64,000 nucleotides of DNA from Candidatus Sumerlaeia bacterium (GTDB lineage Bacteria; Sumerlaeota; Sumerlaeia; SLMS01; JAHLLQ01): the NCBI GenBank assembly GCA_019634695.1, contig JAHCAW010000004.1, positions 64,831-128,830 on the forward strand, given 5' to 3'. A program made the position numbers and the translations under genes. Below are positions 8,544 through 17,513 of the stretch, piece by piece. Numbering within the stretch: the stretch's first letter is position 1; each line of letters starts with the position of its first letter. The notes under the pieces were generated by a model, which had not been told where the DNA came from, did not search any database, and worked only from the letters and a program-made list of their open reading frames with translations.

Positions 8544-9200
8544 ATGACCGACACGCCCACCGCACTCGAACAGGCCGCACTGCGCTCGCGCGTCTACGGC
8601 CTGCTGGCCCGCGCGCTCCGTCCGCCCGACGAAACGGAGCACGCCTGGCTGCGCGAGGAGTTCCTGCCCGCCGCGCATGCGCTTGCCGTCACGCCGGACG
8701 ACCTGCTTGCCGAGGACGAACTCCCCACTCTCGAGCAGCACCGTCGCGACTTCCACCAGCTCTTCGACTCGCACGGGCCCATGACGGTCACGCCCTACGC
8801 CATCGAGTACCTCAAGGAGTGGCCGCAGCAGTCGCTGCTCGACACCGTGCAGCTCGCCGACGTCCAGGGCTTCTACCGCGCGTTTGGGCTCGAGGTTTCC
8901 CAGACGGGATCGGAGCGATGCGACCATGTGCGTCTCGAACTCGAATTCCTGCACTTCCTCGGTCTCAAGGAGGCCATCGCGCTCGACCGCGAGGACGCCG
9001 AGCACCTCGAGGTTGTCCGGCACGCGCAGAAGCGCTTTCTCGAGGACCATGCGGGTCGCTGGCCCGCCCGCTTTGCCGACGCCGTCGAGCGTCACGACGC
9101 CCCGGTCTACTACTGCAAGCTCGCCCGCCTCATCCGCACCTGGGTCGAGACGGACATGAAAATGGTGGGCTGCACGCCCCGCCGACCCGTCACCGTTTGA
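8544..9200 (+). CDS. TorD/NarJ-family maturation chaperone for the type II DMSO-reductase-family enzyme
   Basis: This ~218-aa acidic cytoplasmic protein has the opening LRSRVYGLLARALRPPDE typical of TorD/NarJ-like chaperones. It occupies the fourth position of the operon and has a GAGAGGAG RBS. Confidence 0.7.
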   Translation: MTDTPTALEQAALRSRVYGLLARALRPPDETEHAWLREEFLPAAHALAVTPDDLLAEDELPTLEQHRRDFHQLFDSHGPMTVTPYAIEYLKEWPQQSLLDTVQLADVQGFYRAFGLEVSQTGSERCDHVRLELEFLHFLGLKEAIALDREDAEHLEVVRHAQKRFLEDHAGRWPARFADAVERHDAPVYYCKLARLIRTWVETDMKMVGCTPRRPVTV

Positions 9201-9218
9201 CTTCCGGAGCCCGCCGCC

Positions 9219-9539
9219 ATGACCTCGCCCGAGACACCCGACGACGCCCTGCCGCCCCCTGCCTCCTCCGGCCTGACTTTTCTGGTCGCCATCGGCCTGC
9301 TGGCGGTCGCCTTGGTCCAGATCGTCCTGCTGCGGGGCGGACTCTCCTGGAGCGCGCCGGCCAGCCTCGCCCTGGCGTCCGCCCAGGCGATTCTCGTCGG
9401 AGCGCTGATGATCCCGATCCGCCGCCGGCCGTTTGTCCTCTTCCTCTGGATCGTGACCGTCCTGTTCGTGGCGGCCTTCATCGGCATGGTCGCGGCGGAC
9501 CTGCAAGCCCACTTCGGCCCGCCGGTCTGGGCGCGCTGA
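9219..9539 (+). CDS. Small three-TM membrane protein (weak resemblance to prokaryotic COX4/NorF-type small subunits)
   Basis: The 106-aa product has three hydrophobic helices, is tightly linked to the chaperone gene (18-nt gap) and is followed by a hairpin. The family assignment is weak. Confidence 0.5.
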   Translation: MTSPETPDDALPPPASSGLTFLVAIGLLAVALVQIVLLRGGLSWSAPASLALASAQAILVGALMIPIRRRPFVLFLWIVTVLFVAAFIGMVAADLQAHFGPPVWAR

Positions 9540-9565
9540 CCCCGGCTCGGCATCGGGCATTCGGC

Positions 9566-9595
9566 GGACACCCTCAAGAGATGATGAGGGTGTCC
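9566..9595 (+). terminator. Perfect 11-bp hairpin closing the respiratory operon
   Basis: GGACACCCTCA-agagatga-TGAGGGTGTCC lies 27 nt after the stop at 9539. It has no clear U-tract, so intrinsic-terminator function is uncertain. Confidence 0.4.
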
Positions 9596-9673
9596 CCAAA
9601 ATCCCTTGTGTCCGATCAAAGAATCACTTAGGGGACTTGCCGCCGGCCCAACTTTCGTAAGGGGGTTCCCCGA

Positions 9674-10621
9674 ATGCAACCGAAGCATTTGTCACTGCTC
9701 GCCGCTGGGGCATTGTGCCTCGTCGGTACCGCCGTCCAGGCCCAGCCGCACAAGCTGTTGATCTCCGAGGTGATCATCGACTGCATTAACCCGGAGGCGT
9801 CCAACGACTCCAGCGAGTGGATGGAAATCTACAATCCCAACAACTTTGCGGTCAGCCTCGACAACTACTACATCACCGACGTGAACTCCTACTGGACCTT
9901 CACGACCGCGACGGACAACAAGCTGCCGACGGCCGACTCGGACCACCTGATCGGCTTCCCGATCGGCTCGTCGATTCCGGCCAACGGCATCGTCGTCGTC
10001 ACGGCCCTGGCGAGCCGCTTCCTGACAGACTACCTCGACGGCAATCTGGCGACCTTCACCTCCCTGCCGGGCAACCCGCAGCTCTTCCAGGTGGGGCCGA
10101 CGCCGCCGGTCGGCGTCGAGCGCATGCGCAACTTCCACACCCTCGAGACTGCCAACGCCCAGACGAACTTCAGCCGCACGAATGCCGCCGCCGCCAACGG
10201 CGAATTCTCCGTCCTCTTCTACTGGGACGGCAACGCGTCCAACAACGTCGTGGACATCGACATGGTCTCGTGGGGCAACCCGACCGGCGGAAACCTGATC
10301 GCGCCGAAGACGGGCGTCAACGCGCCGGGCTACCAGGTCGATGGCGGCTCGCACACGAATCTCAGCGTCGGAACATTCGCGGCGATCTATCGCATCAGTG
10401 CGGCCGAACCCGGCCAGCCGAGCTCGGGCGGCAACGGCGTCGGCGGCACCGACGAGACGATGGAGATCAACGGCGCCACCGAGGCGAGTTCCTCCTGGCG
10501 CGGTCTGGCCATTGCCAATGTGCCAACCTACACGAACAACGACTTGGTCAACCCCGACGGAGTGACGCCGGGCGTCTCGCCGTTGCAGACCTCCAACGTC
10601 TCGACCTGGCCGATGTACTGA
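9674..10621 (+). CDS. Secreted lamin-tail-domain (LTD) protein
   Basis: Signal peptide (LLAAGALCLVGTAVQAQ), then an LTD signature: LLISEVIIDC...SSEWMEIYNPNNFAVSLDNYYITD. Confidence 0.7.
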   Translation: MQPKHLSLLAAGALCLVGTAVQAQPHKLLISEVIIDCINPEASNDSSEWMEIYNPNNFAVSLDNYYITDVNSYWTFTTATDNKLPTADSDHLIGFPIGSSIPANGIVVVTALASRFLTDYLDGNLATFTSLPGNPQLFQVGPTPPVGVERMRNFHTLETANAQTNFSRTNAAAANGEFSVLFYWDGNASNNVVDIDMVSWGNPTGGNLIAPKTGVNAPGYQVDGGSHTNLSVGTFAAIYRISAAEPGQPSSGGNGVGGTDETMEINGATEASSSWRGLAIANVPTYTNNDLVNPDGVTPGVSPLQTSNVSTWPMY

Positions 10622-10773
10622 CGACGATCGCAGTCCCTTGTCCTTTCGGCCGCCGCGGAGTTCGCTCCCGGCGGCCGGTTCTGTTGTCTGCCCTGCATCG
10701 CGTTTCGCGGTTGCAGGCGGGCGACTGCGGACGAACCCTGTGGCGCGACGGTTCGATCGAGCGGGAGGTGGCG

Positions 10774-12306
10774 GTGCGACACACGCTGATCCTGACACTC
10801 AGCCTGGCTCTTCCGGCATCGGCGTGGCCTTTCGATCCGTGGGCCGGAGATCTGGCCAAAGACAATCCGGCCTATGTGCGCGTGCTCACCTACAACGTCC
10901 TCAATGCTTTCCCGGCAGGCACGTCGGCCCAGACCGCCGCGCACGAACGCATCCTGACGGCAATACAACCCGATGTCATCTCCTACCAGGAGATGGACCC
11001 GGGCATCGGCGCGACGCTCAAGACAACCCTCGAGCGCGTTCTCGGCGGCACCTGGCACACCTACGAAGGCCTCAGCGATGGCTTCAACGTCAATGTCGTG
11101 GCGTCGCGCTGGCCCCAGAGCCTGCGACGTCGGGACACCTTCCCCGCCTCCTCGTTTCGAGGCACGACGATCGCCCTGATCGACCTGCCGAACGAAACCT
11201 ATCCGGTGGACCTGTACTTCATGGCGGTTCACTTCGCCTGCTGCGCCGGGACGGACCGCGACGCGTTTCGCCAGCGCCACGCCGACGCGATCGCGGCGTG
11301 GATGGGCGACGCCCGACAACCCGGCGGCAACATCACGCTGCCCACGGGCACGCCGATGGCCGTCGTCGGCGATTTCAACTTCAACGACAGTTCCGCGCCC
11401 GGCGCCCGCACCACCCTGTTGACCGGTGCGATCGCCGACACCGCAACCTTCGGCCCGCCGGTCAAGGGCGACTGGGACGGCACCGATCTCGGCGAGGCAC
11501 TGCCGCTCGATCCCTACACGATGCGATTCAATACGTTCAGCAGCGCCGGCTCGAATCCAGGCTCGTGGCTGGACCGTTTCTACTACACCGACTCGGTGGC
11601 GAACGTCGCGCAGGCTTTCGTTCTCAACACGCTGACGATCCCGGCCGCGCAACTCGCGTCGCTCGGTCTCCAGTCGACCGACACCCAGACCGCGTCGGAC
11701 CACTTGCCCGTCGTGGTCGACTTCGCCTTCGCCCCGATTCCCGTGTCGGAAGCCGGGTACGGCGAGCTGTTCGTCACCGAGTTCCAGCCCGACCCGACCC
11801 TCGTTCCCGACGCCGACGGCGAGTGGTTCGAGCTGTTCAACGCCTCCGCCGGTCCGGTCGACATGAACGGATGGATTCTGCGCGACTCGGGCAGCAACCT
11901 TCATGTCCTCCGGCGGACCGGCGGCGTCGTGGTGCCGCCGAAAAGCCACTTCGTCTTCGGGCTCGACGCGAATCCTGCGACGAATGGGGGCGTGCCGGTC
12001 GACTACGCGATCCCGAGTGGATTCCGGCTGGCAAACGGAGCGGACACGATCGAACTCTACCGCGGCTCGATCAAGATCGACGGCATCGAGTACAACAGCG
12101 GTGCGGCGGGAATGGCGCCGGCGAATCGATCTGCTGGCCCGGTCGGCCCCGCCAGCGCGCGCGCCATGCAGGGGCTCTACTTTCGCGGCGCCACGCAGAC
12201 ATGGGGGAACGCGACGACTCCATACAACGCGCAGGATCGCGGCACCCCAGGCACATGGAACGAGACCTCGAAGCCGGTGCTCGAGTCGCTCTGGATCGTC
12301 GAGTAG
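10774..12306 (+). CDS. Secreted endonuclease/exonuclease/phosphatase (EEP) family enzyme with a C-terminal LTD
   Basis: Signal peptide (LILTLSLALPASA). EEP motifs: VLTYNVLN, VISYQEM, SDHLPVVVDF. C-terminal LTD: ELFVTEFQPDP...GEWFELFNASAGPVDMNGWILRD. GTG 10774 follows GGGAGG. The upstream part of track ORF 9817..12306 overlaps the previous gene out of frame and was trimmed. Confidence 0.75.
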   Translation: MRHTLILTLSLALPASAWPFDPWAGDLAKDNPAYVRVLTYNVLNAFPAGTSAQTAAHERILTAIQPDVISYQEMDPGIGATLKTTLERVLGGTWHTYEGLSDGFNVNVVASRWPQSLRRRDTFPASSFRGTTIALIDLPNETYPVDLYFMAVHFACCAGTDRDAFRQRHADAIAAWMGDARQPGGNITLPTGTPMAVVGDFNFNDSSAPGARTTLLTGAIADTATFGPPVKGDWDGTDLGEALPLDPYTMRFNTFSSAGSNPGSWLDRFYYTDSVANVAQAFVLNTLTIPAAQLASLGLQSTDTQTASDHLPVVVDFAFAPIPVSEAGYGELFVTEFQPDPTLVPDADGEWFELFNASAGPVDMNGWILRDSGSNLHVLRRTGGVVVPPKSHFVFGLDANPATNGGVPVDYAIPSGFRLANGADTIELYRGSIKIDGIEYNSGAAGMAPANRSAGPVGPASARAMQGLYFRGATQTWGNATTPYNAQDRGTPGTWNETSKPVLESLWIVE

Positions 12307-12453
12307 TGTCGCACCCGAATCGGGACGCGGCTCCCGGCACAACCTTCCGGCGCAACCTTCGGCCTTGACGCGAGCGGCCAATATCCCCGACTTCCGGTTC
12401 CCGGCGGCAAGGAAGCGCCCGCTTCAACCGCCGATCCCCCTCGAGGGTGTCGA

Positions 12454-12948
12454 ATGAACCGGGCCACCGCCACGTCGTTGCGCATCGAGCACGCCCGCGT
12501 CGCCCACGCGCCGCACATCCATCGGCTCATCTCCTACTGGGCCGCCCGCACCCCCGTGCTGCCCAAGAGCCTCGGCCAGATCTACGAGAACCTGCGCGAG
12601 TTCGTCGTCGCGCTCGACGGCGAGAACGTCGTCGGCGCCGCCGCCATGCACATCGACTGGGCGGACCTTGCCGAGATTCGCTCCGTCGTCGTCGAGGACG
12701 GCCGCCGCGGTCAGGGTGTCGGTCAGCTGCTGATCGAAGCCCAGATTCGCGAGGCCGAGCACCTTGGCATCGAGAAGGTCTTCGTCCTGACGGACCAACC
12801 GGGCTGGTTTGCCCGTCTGGGCTTCGGTCCCATCGACAAGGCCGACCTGCCGCACAAGGTCTGGCGCGACTGCGTGCACTGCCCGATCTTCACGGCCTGC
12901 ACCGAGGTGGCGCTGGCTCGCAGCGTCGTCCTGCCGCCGCAAAGCTGA
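12454..12948 (+). CDS. GNAT-family amino-acid N-acetyltransferase (short ArgA-like)
   Basis: GNAT core: EIRSVVVEDGRRGQGVGQLLI...KVFVLT. ArgA-like C-terminus: LPHKVWRDCVHCPIFTACTEVAL. Confidence 0.8.
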   Translation: MNRATATSLRIEHARVAHAPHIHRLISYWAARTPVLPKSLGQIYENLREFVVALDGENVVGAAAMHIDWADLAEIRSVVVEDGRRGQGVGQLLIEAQIREAEHLGIEKVFVLTDQPGWFARLGFGPIDKADLPHKVWRDCVHCPIFTACTEVALARSVVLPPQS

Positions 12949-12952
12949 TTCG

Positions 12953-13633
12953 TCAATCCGGCATGCCGCACAACACGGCCCGGCCGGCGTCGGGCGTGGC
13001 TTGGGTCGCGGCCAGCGTCTCGAGCAGGCGCGCCGCGAGTTGTTCGCCCACCGCGGCCGGGCGGTCGCGCAGCCGCCGGCGCTCCCGCCGATCCAGCGCA
13101 TCCGCCGACACCACCCCGTCCAGCAGCGCATCCGCCAACTCGCGCAGGCACGCCGCATCGGCCGGGTTCGCCGGGTCGAGCAGTCCACGCGCCTGCAACT
13201 GCACTTCGAGGATCGCGCGTTGCCGCGGAGGCAGCGCACGCCGGTTCTCGATCGGGAACACCATCGCGAACGGAATCGCCCGCCGCGTTGTGACCCACAG
13301 GTGGTCGGCGCCCTCGGGCCAGACGAGCCCGGCGTCCTGCGCCGGCGAGCGGTCGCCCGGCAGCCGGGCGTCCCGCAGGTGCGGTTGGTCCACTTCGGGC
13401 CATCCGGCGACTGCCTCCCACGGACCGGTGCGCAAGACGAACGAGCCGGTGACCCAGGAGGTCTGTTGCCGCTGTTCGAGCGTGCGCAGGCAGACCTGAT
13501 GCACCTCGGCAGGACCGGCCAGCAGGACGGCGATGCCGACAATGGGCAGCAGGACCATCGTAAGCAGGAGCTTGCGGCGCCCCGAGCGGCGCGTCGCGAC
13601 GGCCGGAGGAGCACTGGCGGGGGGGGCGTTCAA
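12953..13633 (-). CDS. Hypothetical membrane-anchored protein
   Basis: One TM helix (LLLTMVLLPIVGIAVLLAG). The TTG start overlaps the clpS stop (TTGA), which suggests translational coupling. I recognise no family. Confidence 0.5.
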   Translation of the reverse strand: MNAPPASAPPAVATRRSGRRKLLLTMVLLPIVGIAVLLAGPAEVHQVCLRTLEQRQQTSWVTGSFVLRTGPWEAVAGWPEVDQPHLRDARLPGDRSPAQDAGLVWPEGADHLWVTTRRAIPFAMVFPIENRRALPPRQRAILEVQLQARGLLDPANPADAACLRELADALLDGVVSADALDRRERRRLRDRPAAVGEQLAARLLETLAATQATPDAGRAVLCGMPD

Positions 13634-13965
13634 TCGGCGGCTCGCTCGATCATGCAGGCCATCGAGCCGGAGCTCGACGGCATCCGCGGGTCGGCCCCGT
13701 AGGTGATGATCCGCTGGCGGGCCTCTAGGGCCTCCTCGTGCGGCACGGTCATGACGATCGCCTGGCCGATGTGGTCCACCTCGTACGCCACGCGAAAGCC
13801 GTCCTCGGCAGACATGGCGAACAGGACGACCATCATCTCGATCACGTAGTCATAGGTGTGGGTGTCGTCGTCGAACAGGATCACGTGGTAGCGCGGAGCG
13901 GGTTCGCGCGCGGTTTCGATCTGTCCCTGGGTTTCGGGTTCGGCAACGGGCAGCGTCGTCGGCAT
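13630..13965 (-). CDS. clpS: ATP-dependent Clp protease adaptor ClpS
   Basis: The core RYHVILFDDDTHTYDYVIEMMVVLFAMSAEDGFRVAYEVDHIGQAIVMT matches ClpS. The start was trimmed to the internal ATG (MPTTLPV) to give about 111 aa. Confidence 0.85.
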   Translation of the reverse strand: MPTTLPVAEPETQGQIETAREPAPRYHVILFDDDTHTYDYVIEMMVVLFAMSAEDGFRVAYEVDHIGQAIVMTVPHEEALEARQRIITYGADPRMPSSSGSMACMIERAAD

Positions 13966-14175
13966 GCGGGCGACTGGTCGGGCGGTGGAGTCGGGCCGAA
14001 CGCGGCGTCGGATTGCCTCCGCGGCCGCCGACCGAGCCTCGGGCCAACAGCCGAAATCTGGCAAGGCAGAAGTGGCACCCTTGCTCGACGGGACTCGTTG
14101 GGCGCCAGAATCGGATTGGCCTCCGACGTTCGGCCGGGCACCCTCCCCCCATCGGAGAAGGCGGGTTCACCTCCC

Positions 14176-15477
14176 ATGACCTCCGGCAGGGACGACATCG
14201 GCAGGATGCCTCCGGCGGGCGACTGGTCCCGCCTGCGGAACCTGCTTGCCGAGGTTCAGGGGCTCGACCGCGTCGAGTCCCCCGACCACCTCCTGCGCCA
14301 GCTCAAGATCATGGCCGCGCTGTTCGACCACTCCCGCACCGGCATCGTCATCGAAAGCCCCGAGGGCATCATCCTCGATGCCAATCCGGCCTACTGCGAG
14401 TTCATGGGCTTCGCGCGCGAGGAACTCGTTGGCCACAGCATCACCGTCGTCGTCCCCGAGGAGCTGCACCCCACCGTGCCGGCCAACATCGCGCGCGTGC
14501 TTGCCGGCGAGACGCTCCACCATGTCGCCCGCTCGATCGATCATGCCGGCCAGCCGCGCGACCTCGAACTGCTCGAGACGCGCATCCCGCCCGACGGCCG
14601 CGAAGGGCTTATCGTGCTCGTCAACGACGTCACCGACCGCCGGCGCGCCGACCAGCTCCACGAGCAGGTCGTTCGCCGCAACGTCGAACTCGCCCGCACC
14701 GTCGAGCAACTCCACGCCCGCGAAGGGCTCCTCGCCCAGCAACTCGACCTCGCCCGCCAGGTGCAGCAGCGCTTTCTGCCGCACGAGTTTCCGTTCCCCG
14801 ATAGGGTCGAAACCGCGGCCGTCTATCGCGCTCATGCCAGCATCGGCGGCGATCTGTTCGACCTGTTCGCCCTCGGCCCCGACATGCTCGGCTTCCTCGT
14901 CGCCGACGTCTCGGGTCATGGCGTCTCGGCCGCACTCGTCACCGCCCTGCTGAAGGTGAACATCGATCGCCTGCGCGAGCATTTGCGCACGGCACCCCGC
15001 ACCGCCCGTGCACTCGCCGAAGCCACCGCGCGCCTCAACGATGCGCTCGTCGCCTCGATCCCAGAGGAGACCTTCGTCAGCCTGTTGCTCGGCACACTCG
15101 ACCTCGAGACTGGCGAGTTGACGCTGGCCAACGCCGGCCACGAGCCCCCGATTGTCTGCCGCTCGTCAACCGGGGCCGAGTTCCTCGAGGTGCCACCCAA
15201 CATCGCCGCCGGCATTCTGGCCGGGCAGGAATTCGTTCCCGTGCGCACGCGCCTCGCGCCCGGCGAACTGCTCTTCCTCTATACCGACGGCCTGCCGGAG
15301 TCGAACGACAGTCAGGGACGGGAGTGGGGTTCGGAGGCGCTGCGAGCGCTCGTCGGCGAACGGGGAGCGGATGGCCCCGCCCGGTTGCTCGAAGCCTTGG
15401 AGGCCGTCATCGAGAACTTCACCAGTCACAGTGGCCCGCAGGACGATTTCACGGCGGTGGTGCTTCGGAGGCGATAG
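14176..15477 (+). CDS. PAS-domain PP2C/SpoIIE-type serine phosphatase (RsbU-like)
   Basis: PAS segment: GIVIESPEGIILDANPAYCEFMGFAREELVGHSI. SpoIIE/PP2C motifs: IGGDLFDLF, VADVSGHGVSAAL, LANAGHEPP, LFLYTDGL, DDFTAVVL. The upstream part of track ORF 13738..15477 is antisense to clpS and was trimmed. Confidence 0.8.
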   Translation: MTSGRDDIGRMPPAGDWSRLRNLLAEVQGLDRVESPDHLLRQLKIMAALFDHSRTGIVIESPEGIILDANPAYCEFMGFAREELVGHSITVVVPEELHPTVPANIARVLAGETLHHVARSIDHAGQPRDLELLETRIPPDGREGLIVLVNDVTDRRRADQLHEQVVRRNVELARTVEQLHAREGLLAQQLDLARQVQQRFLPHEFPFPDRVETAAVYRAHASIGGDLFDLFALGPDMLGFLVADVSGHGVSAALVTALLKVNIDRLREHLRTAPRTARALAEATARLNDALVASIPEETFVSLLLGTLDLETGELTLANAGHEPPIVCRSSTGAEFLEVPPNIAAGILAGQEFVPVRTRLAPGELLFLYTDGLPESNDSQGREWGSEALRALVGERGADGPARLLEALEAVIENFTSHSGPQDDFTAVVLRRR

Positions 15478-15580
15478 CGCGCAATTGGGACTCAAGACCT
15501 CTGATTTGTCGTTTCCTCTTGCGGACTTCGGCGTCCGAATATACACACACCCCGGCAAGCGCAACGAGGGGGACAGTCGC

Positions 15581-16072
15581 GTGAAACGCTGGGCGCTGAT
15601 CGCAGTCTTTCTTGGGATCTCCTTCGGGGTGGCGGGGGGGCTGGGGCTCTACACGTTCTACTACGCCGAGGGCGCCTCGTACCTCTCCAACGACCCGGCA
15701 GCCTGCATGAACTGCCACGTCATGCGCGAGCAGTTCGACGGTTGGACCAAGTCGAGCCACAAGCACGTCGCCTCCTGCAACGACTGCCACACGCCGCATG
15801 ACTTCTTCGGCAAGTACATGACGAAGGCGATCAACGGCTACTATCACTCGCTGGCGTTCACGACCGGCAACTTCCACGAGCCGATCCGCATCAACGCCCG
15901 CAACCTGCGCGTGACCGAGAGCACCTGCCGCAGTTGCCACGCCGACATCGTCAACGCCATCGACGCGCATCCCCTGATCCCCGCCGAACCCACCGCCGCG
16001 GCCGCCGACCCGGCCGCCTGGCAAAGCATCTCCTGCGTGCGCTGCCACGCCTCGGTCGGACACCTGCACTGA
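15581..16072 (+). CDS. nrfH: NrfH tetraheme cytochrome c quinol dehydrogenase (NapC/NirT family)
   Basis: N-terminal TM helix plus four CxxCH motifs (CMNCHVM, CNDCH, CRSCH, CVRCH). The first is in the CxxCHxM context typical of NrfH. The gene is immediately upstream of nrfA. Start is GTG 15581. Confidence 0.85.
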   Translation: MKRWALIAVFLGISFGVAGGLGLYTFYYAEGASYLSNDPAACMNCHVMREQFDGWTKSSHKHVASCNDCHTPHDFFGKYMTKAINGYYHSLAFTTGNFHEPIRINARNLRVTESTCRSCHADIVNAIDAHPLIPAEPTAAAADPAAWQSISCVRCHASVGHLH

Positions 16073-16088
16073 CGAGGAAAGGAACCCC

Positions 16089-17513
16089 GTGATGGAAACC
16101 CCCGCACCCCGCAAGGAACGTCGTCGCCTGGTCATGCTGTTCGTCGGCACCGCCGGCGCCACGGCGCTCGTCACGGCCCTGATCGCCGCCCTGCTCCTGA
16201 CGATCTTCGAGCACAAGCAGGAGGAGAAGACGCTGTTCTTCCGCGTGGTCGAGATCGACGACGAAACCTACGACCCGGCGATCTGGGCGAAGAACTTCCC
16301 CCAGCAGTACGACTCCTACATGCGCACGGTTGACATGGAGCGCACCCGCTACGGCGGCAGCGAGGCGATCCCGCGCGAGCCCGACGACGCCGACCCCCGC
16401 AAGTTCGTCGCCTACTCCAAGCTCGTCGAGGACCCGCGCTTGGTCACGATGTGGGCCGGCTATCCCTTCGCCCACGACTTCCGCGAGGAACGTGGCCACG
16501 CCTACATGCTCGAGGACCAGTCCTTCACCAAGCGCCACGAGGCCGCGCCGCAGCCCGGCGCCTGCATCAACTGCCATTCCTCCGCCTACGAGGCCTACAA
16601 GACATTGGGCAACGGCGACATCGTCGCGGGCTTCCACAAGCTCAATGCCCTGCCCTACCCCGAGGCCCGCGCCCACGTCTCGCATCCGGTCGCCTGCATC
16701 GACTGCCACGACCCCAAGACCATGCAACTGCGCATCACCCGCCCCGCCTTCATGGAAGGCATCAAGCTCGTCAAGGCCGCCGAAGGCATCGAGAACTACG
16801 ACGTCAACCTGATGGCCACCCGCCAGGAGATGCGCTCGTTCGTCTGCGGCCAGTGCCACGTCGAGTACTACTTCAAGGGCGCCGAGAAGACGCTCACCTA
16901 TCCGTGGCACAAGGGCCTGCGCGGCGACGACATTCTGGCGTACTTCGACGAGGTGGGCTTCAAGGACTGGACGCACGCCAAGACCGGCGCGCCGATGCTC
17001 AAGGCCCAGCACCCCGAGTTCGAGATGTGGAACCAGGGCGTGCACTCCAAGGCCGGCGTCTCGTGCGCCGACTGCCACATGCCCTACGAGCGCGTCGGCG
17101 CCATGAAGGTCAGCAGCCACCACGTGCGCAGCCCACTGCTCAACATCGCGTCGTCCTGCCAAACCTGCCACCGCGTGCCCGAGGAGGAGTTGCTCAACCG
17201 AGTCCACGCAATCCAGGACCGGCACTACGAGTTGCGCAACATCGCCATGGATGCGCTGATGGACCTTGTCGGCGCGATCGTCGAGGCACAGGAGGCCGGC
17301 GCCTCGCCCGACGAGATGGCCGCCGCGTGCGACTTCCAGCGCAAGGCGACCTTCCTGCTCGACTTCGCCGAGGCCGAGAACTCGATGGGCTTCCATGCGC
17401 CGCAGGAGGGCGCCCGCATTCTGGGCAAGTCGCTCGACTACGCGCGCCAGGGCTTCAAGTCCGTCAGCGAATTCTGGCGCGAACGCCAGACCGCCGTCGC
17501 GGCCGGCAACTGA
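16089..17513 (+). CDS. nrfA: Pentaheme cytochrome c nitrite reductase NrfA (ammonia-forming)
   Basis: Five heme motifs: CINCH, CIDCH, CGQCH, CADCH, CQTCH. The NrfA signature LKAQHPEFEMWNQGVHSKAGVSCADCHMP closely matches enterobacterial NrfA. There is an N-terminal anchor/signal. The start is GTG 16089 or ATG 16092. Confidence 0.9.
   Translation: MMETPAPRKERRRLVMLFVGTAGATALVTALIAALLLTIFEHKQEEKTLFFRVVEIDDETYDPAIWAKNFPQQYDSYMRTVDMERTRYGGSEAIPREPDDADPRKFVAYSKLVEDPRLVTMWAGYPFAHDFREERGHAYMLEDQSFTKRHEAAPQPGACINCHSSAYEAYKTLGNGDIVAGFHKLNALPYPEARAHVSHPVACIDCHDPKTMQLRITRPAFMEGIKLVKAAEGIENYDVNLMATRQEMRSFVCGQCHVEYYFKGAEKTLTYPWHKGLRGDDILAYFDEVGFKDWTHAKTGAPMLKAQHPEFEMWNQGVHSKAGVSCADCHMPYERVGAMKVSSHHVRSPLLNIASSCQTCHRVPEEELLNRVHAIQDRHYELRNIAMDALMDLVGAIVEAQEAGASPDEMAAACDFQRKATFLLDFAEAENSMGFHAPQEGARILGKSLDYARQGFKSVSEFWRERQTAVAAGN

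Noticed and set aside
5636-8560. 974-aa ORF on the minus strand spanning the beta and gamma subunit genes
   Set aside because: It is antisense to two genes with strong family signatures. Its translation is low-complexity and rich in Arg, Gly, Ala, Asp and His, with no recognisable motif. This is a typical stop-poor shadow frame in GC-rich DNA.
12325-12365. Short direct repeat GCACAACCTTCCGG / GCGCAACCTTCGG downstream of the EEP-LTD gene
   Set aside because: There are only two imperfect ~13-nt copies and no associated structure or motif that I can interpret.
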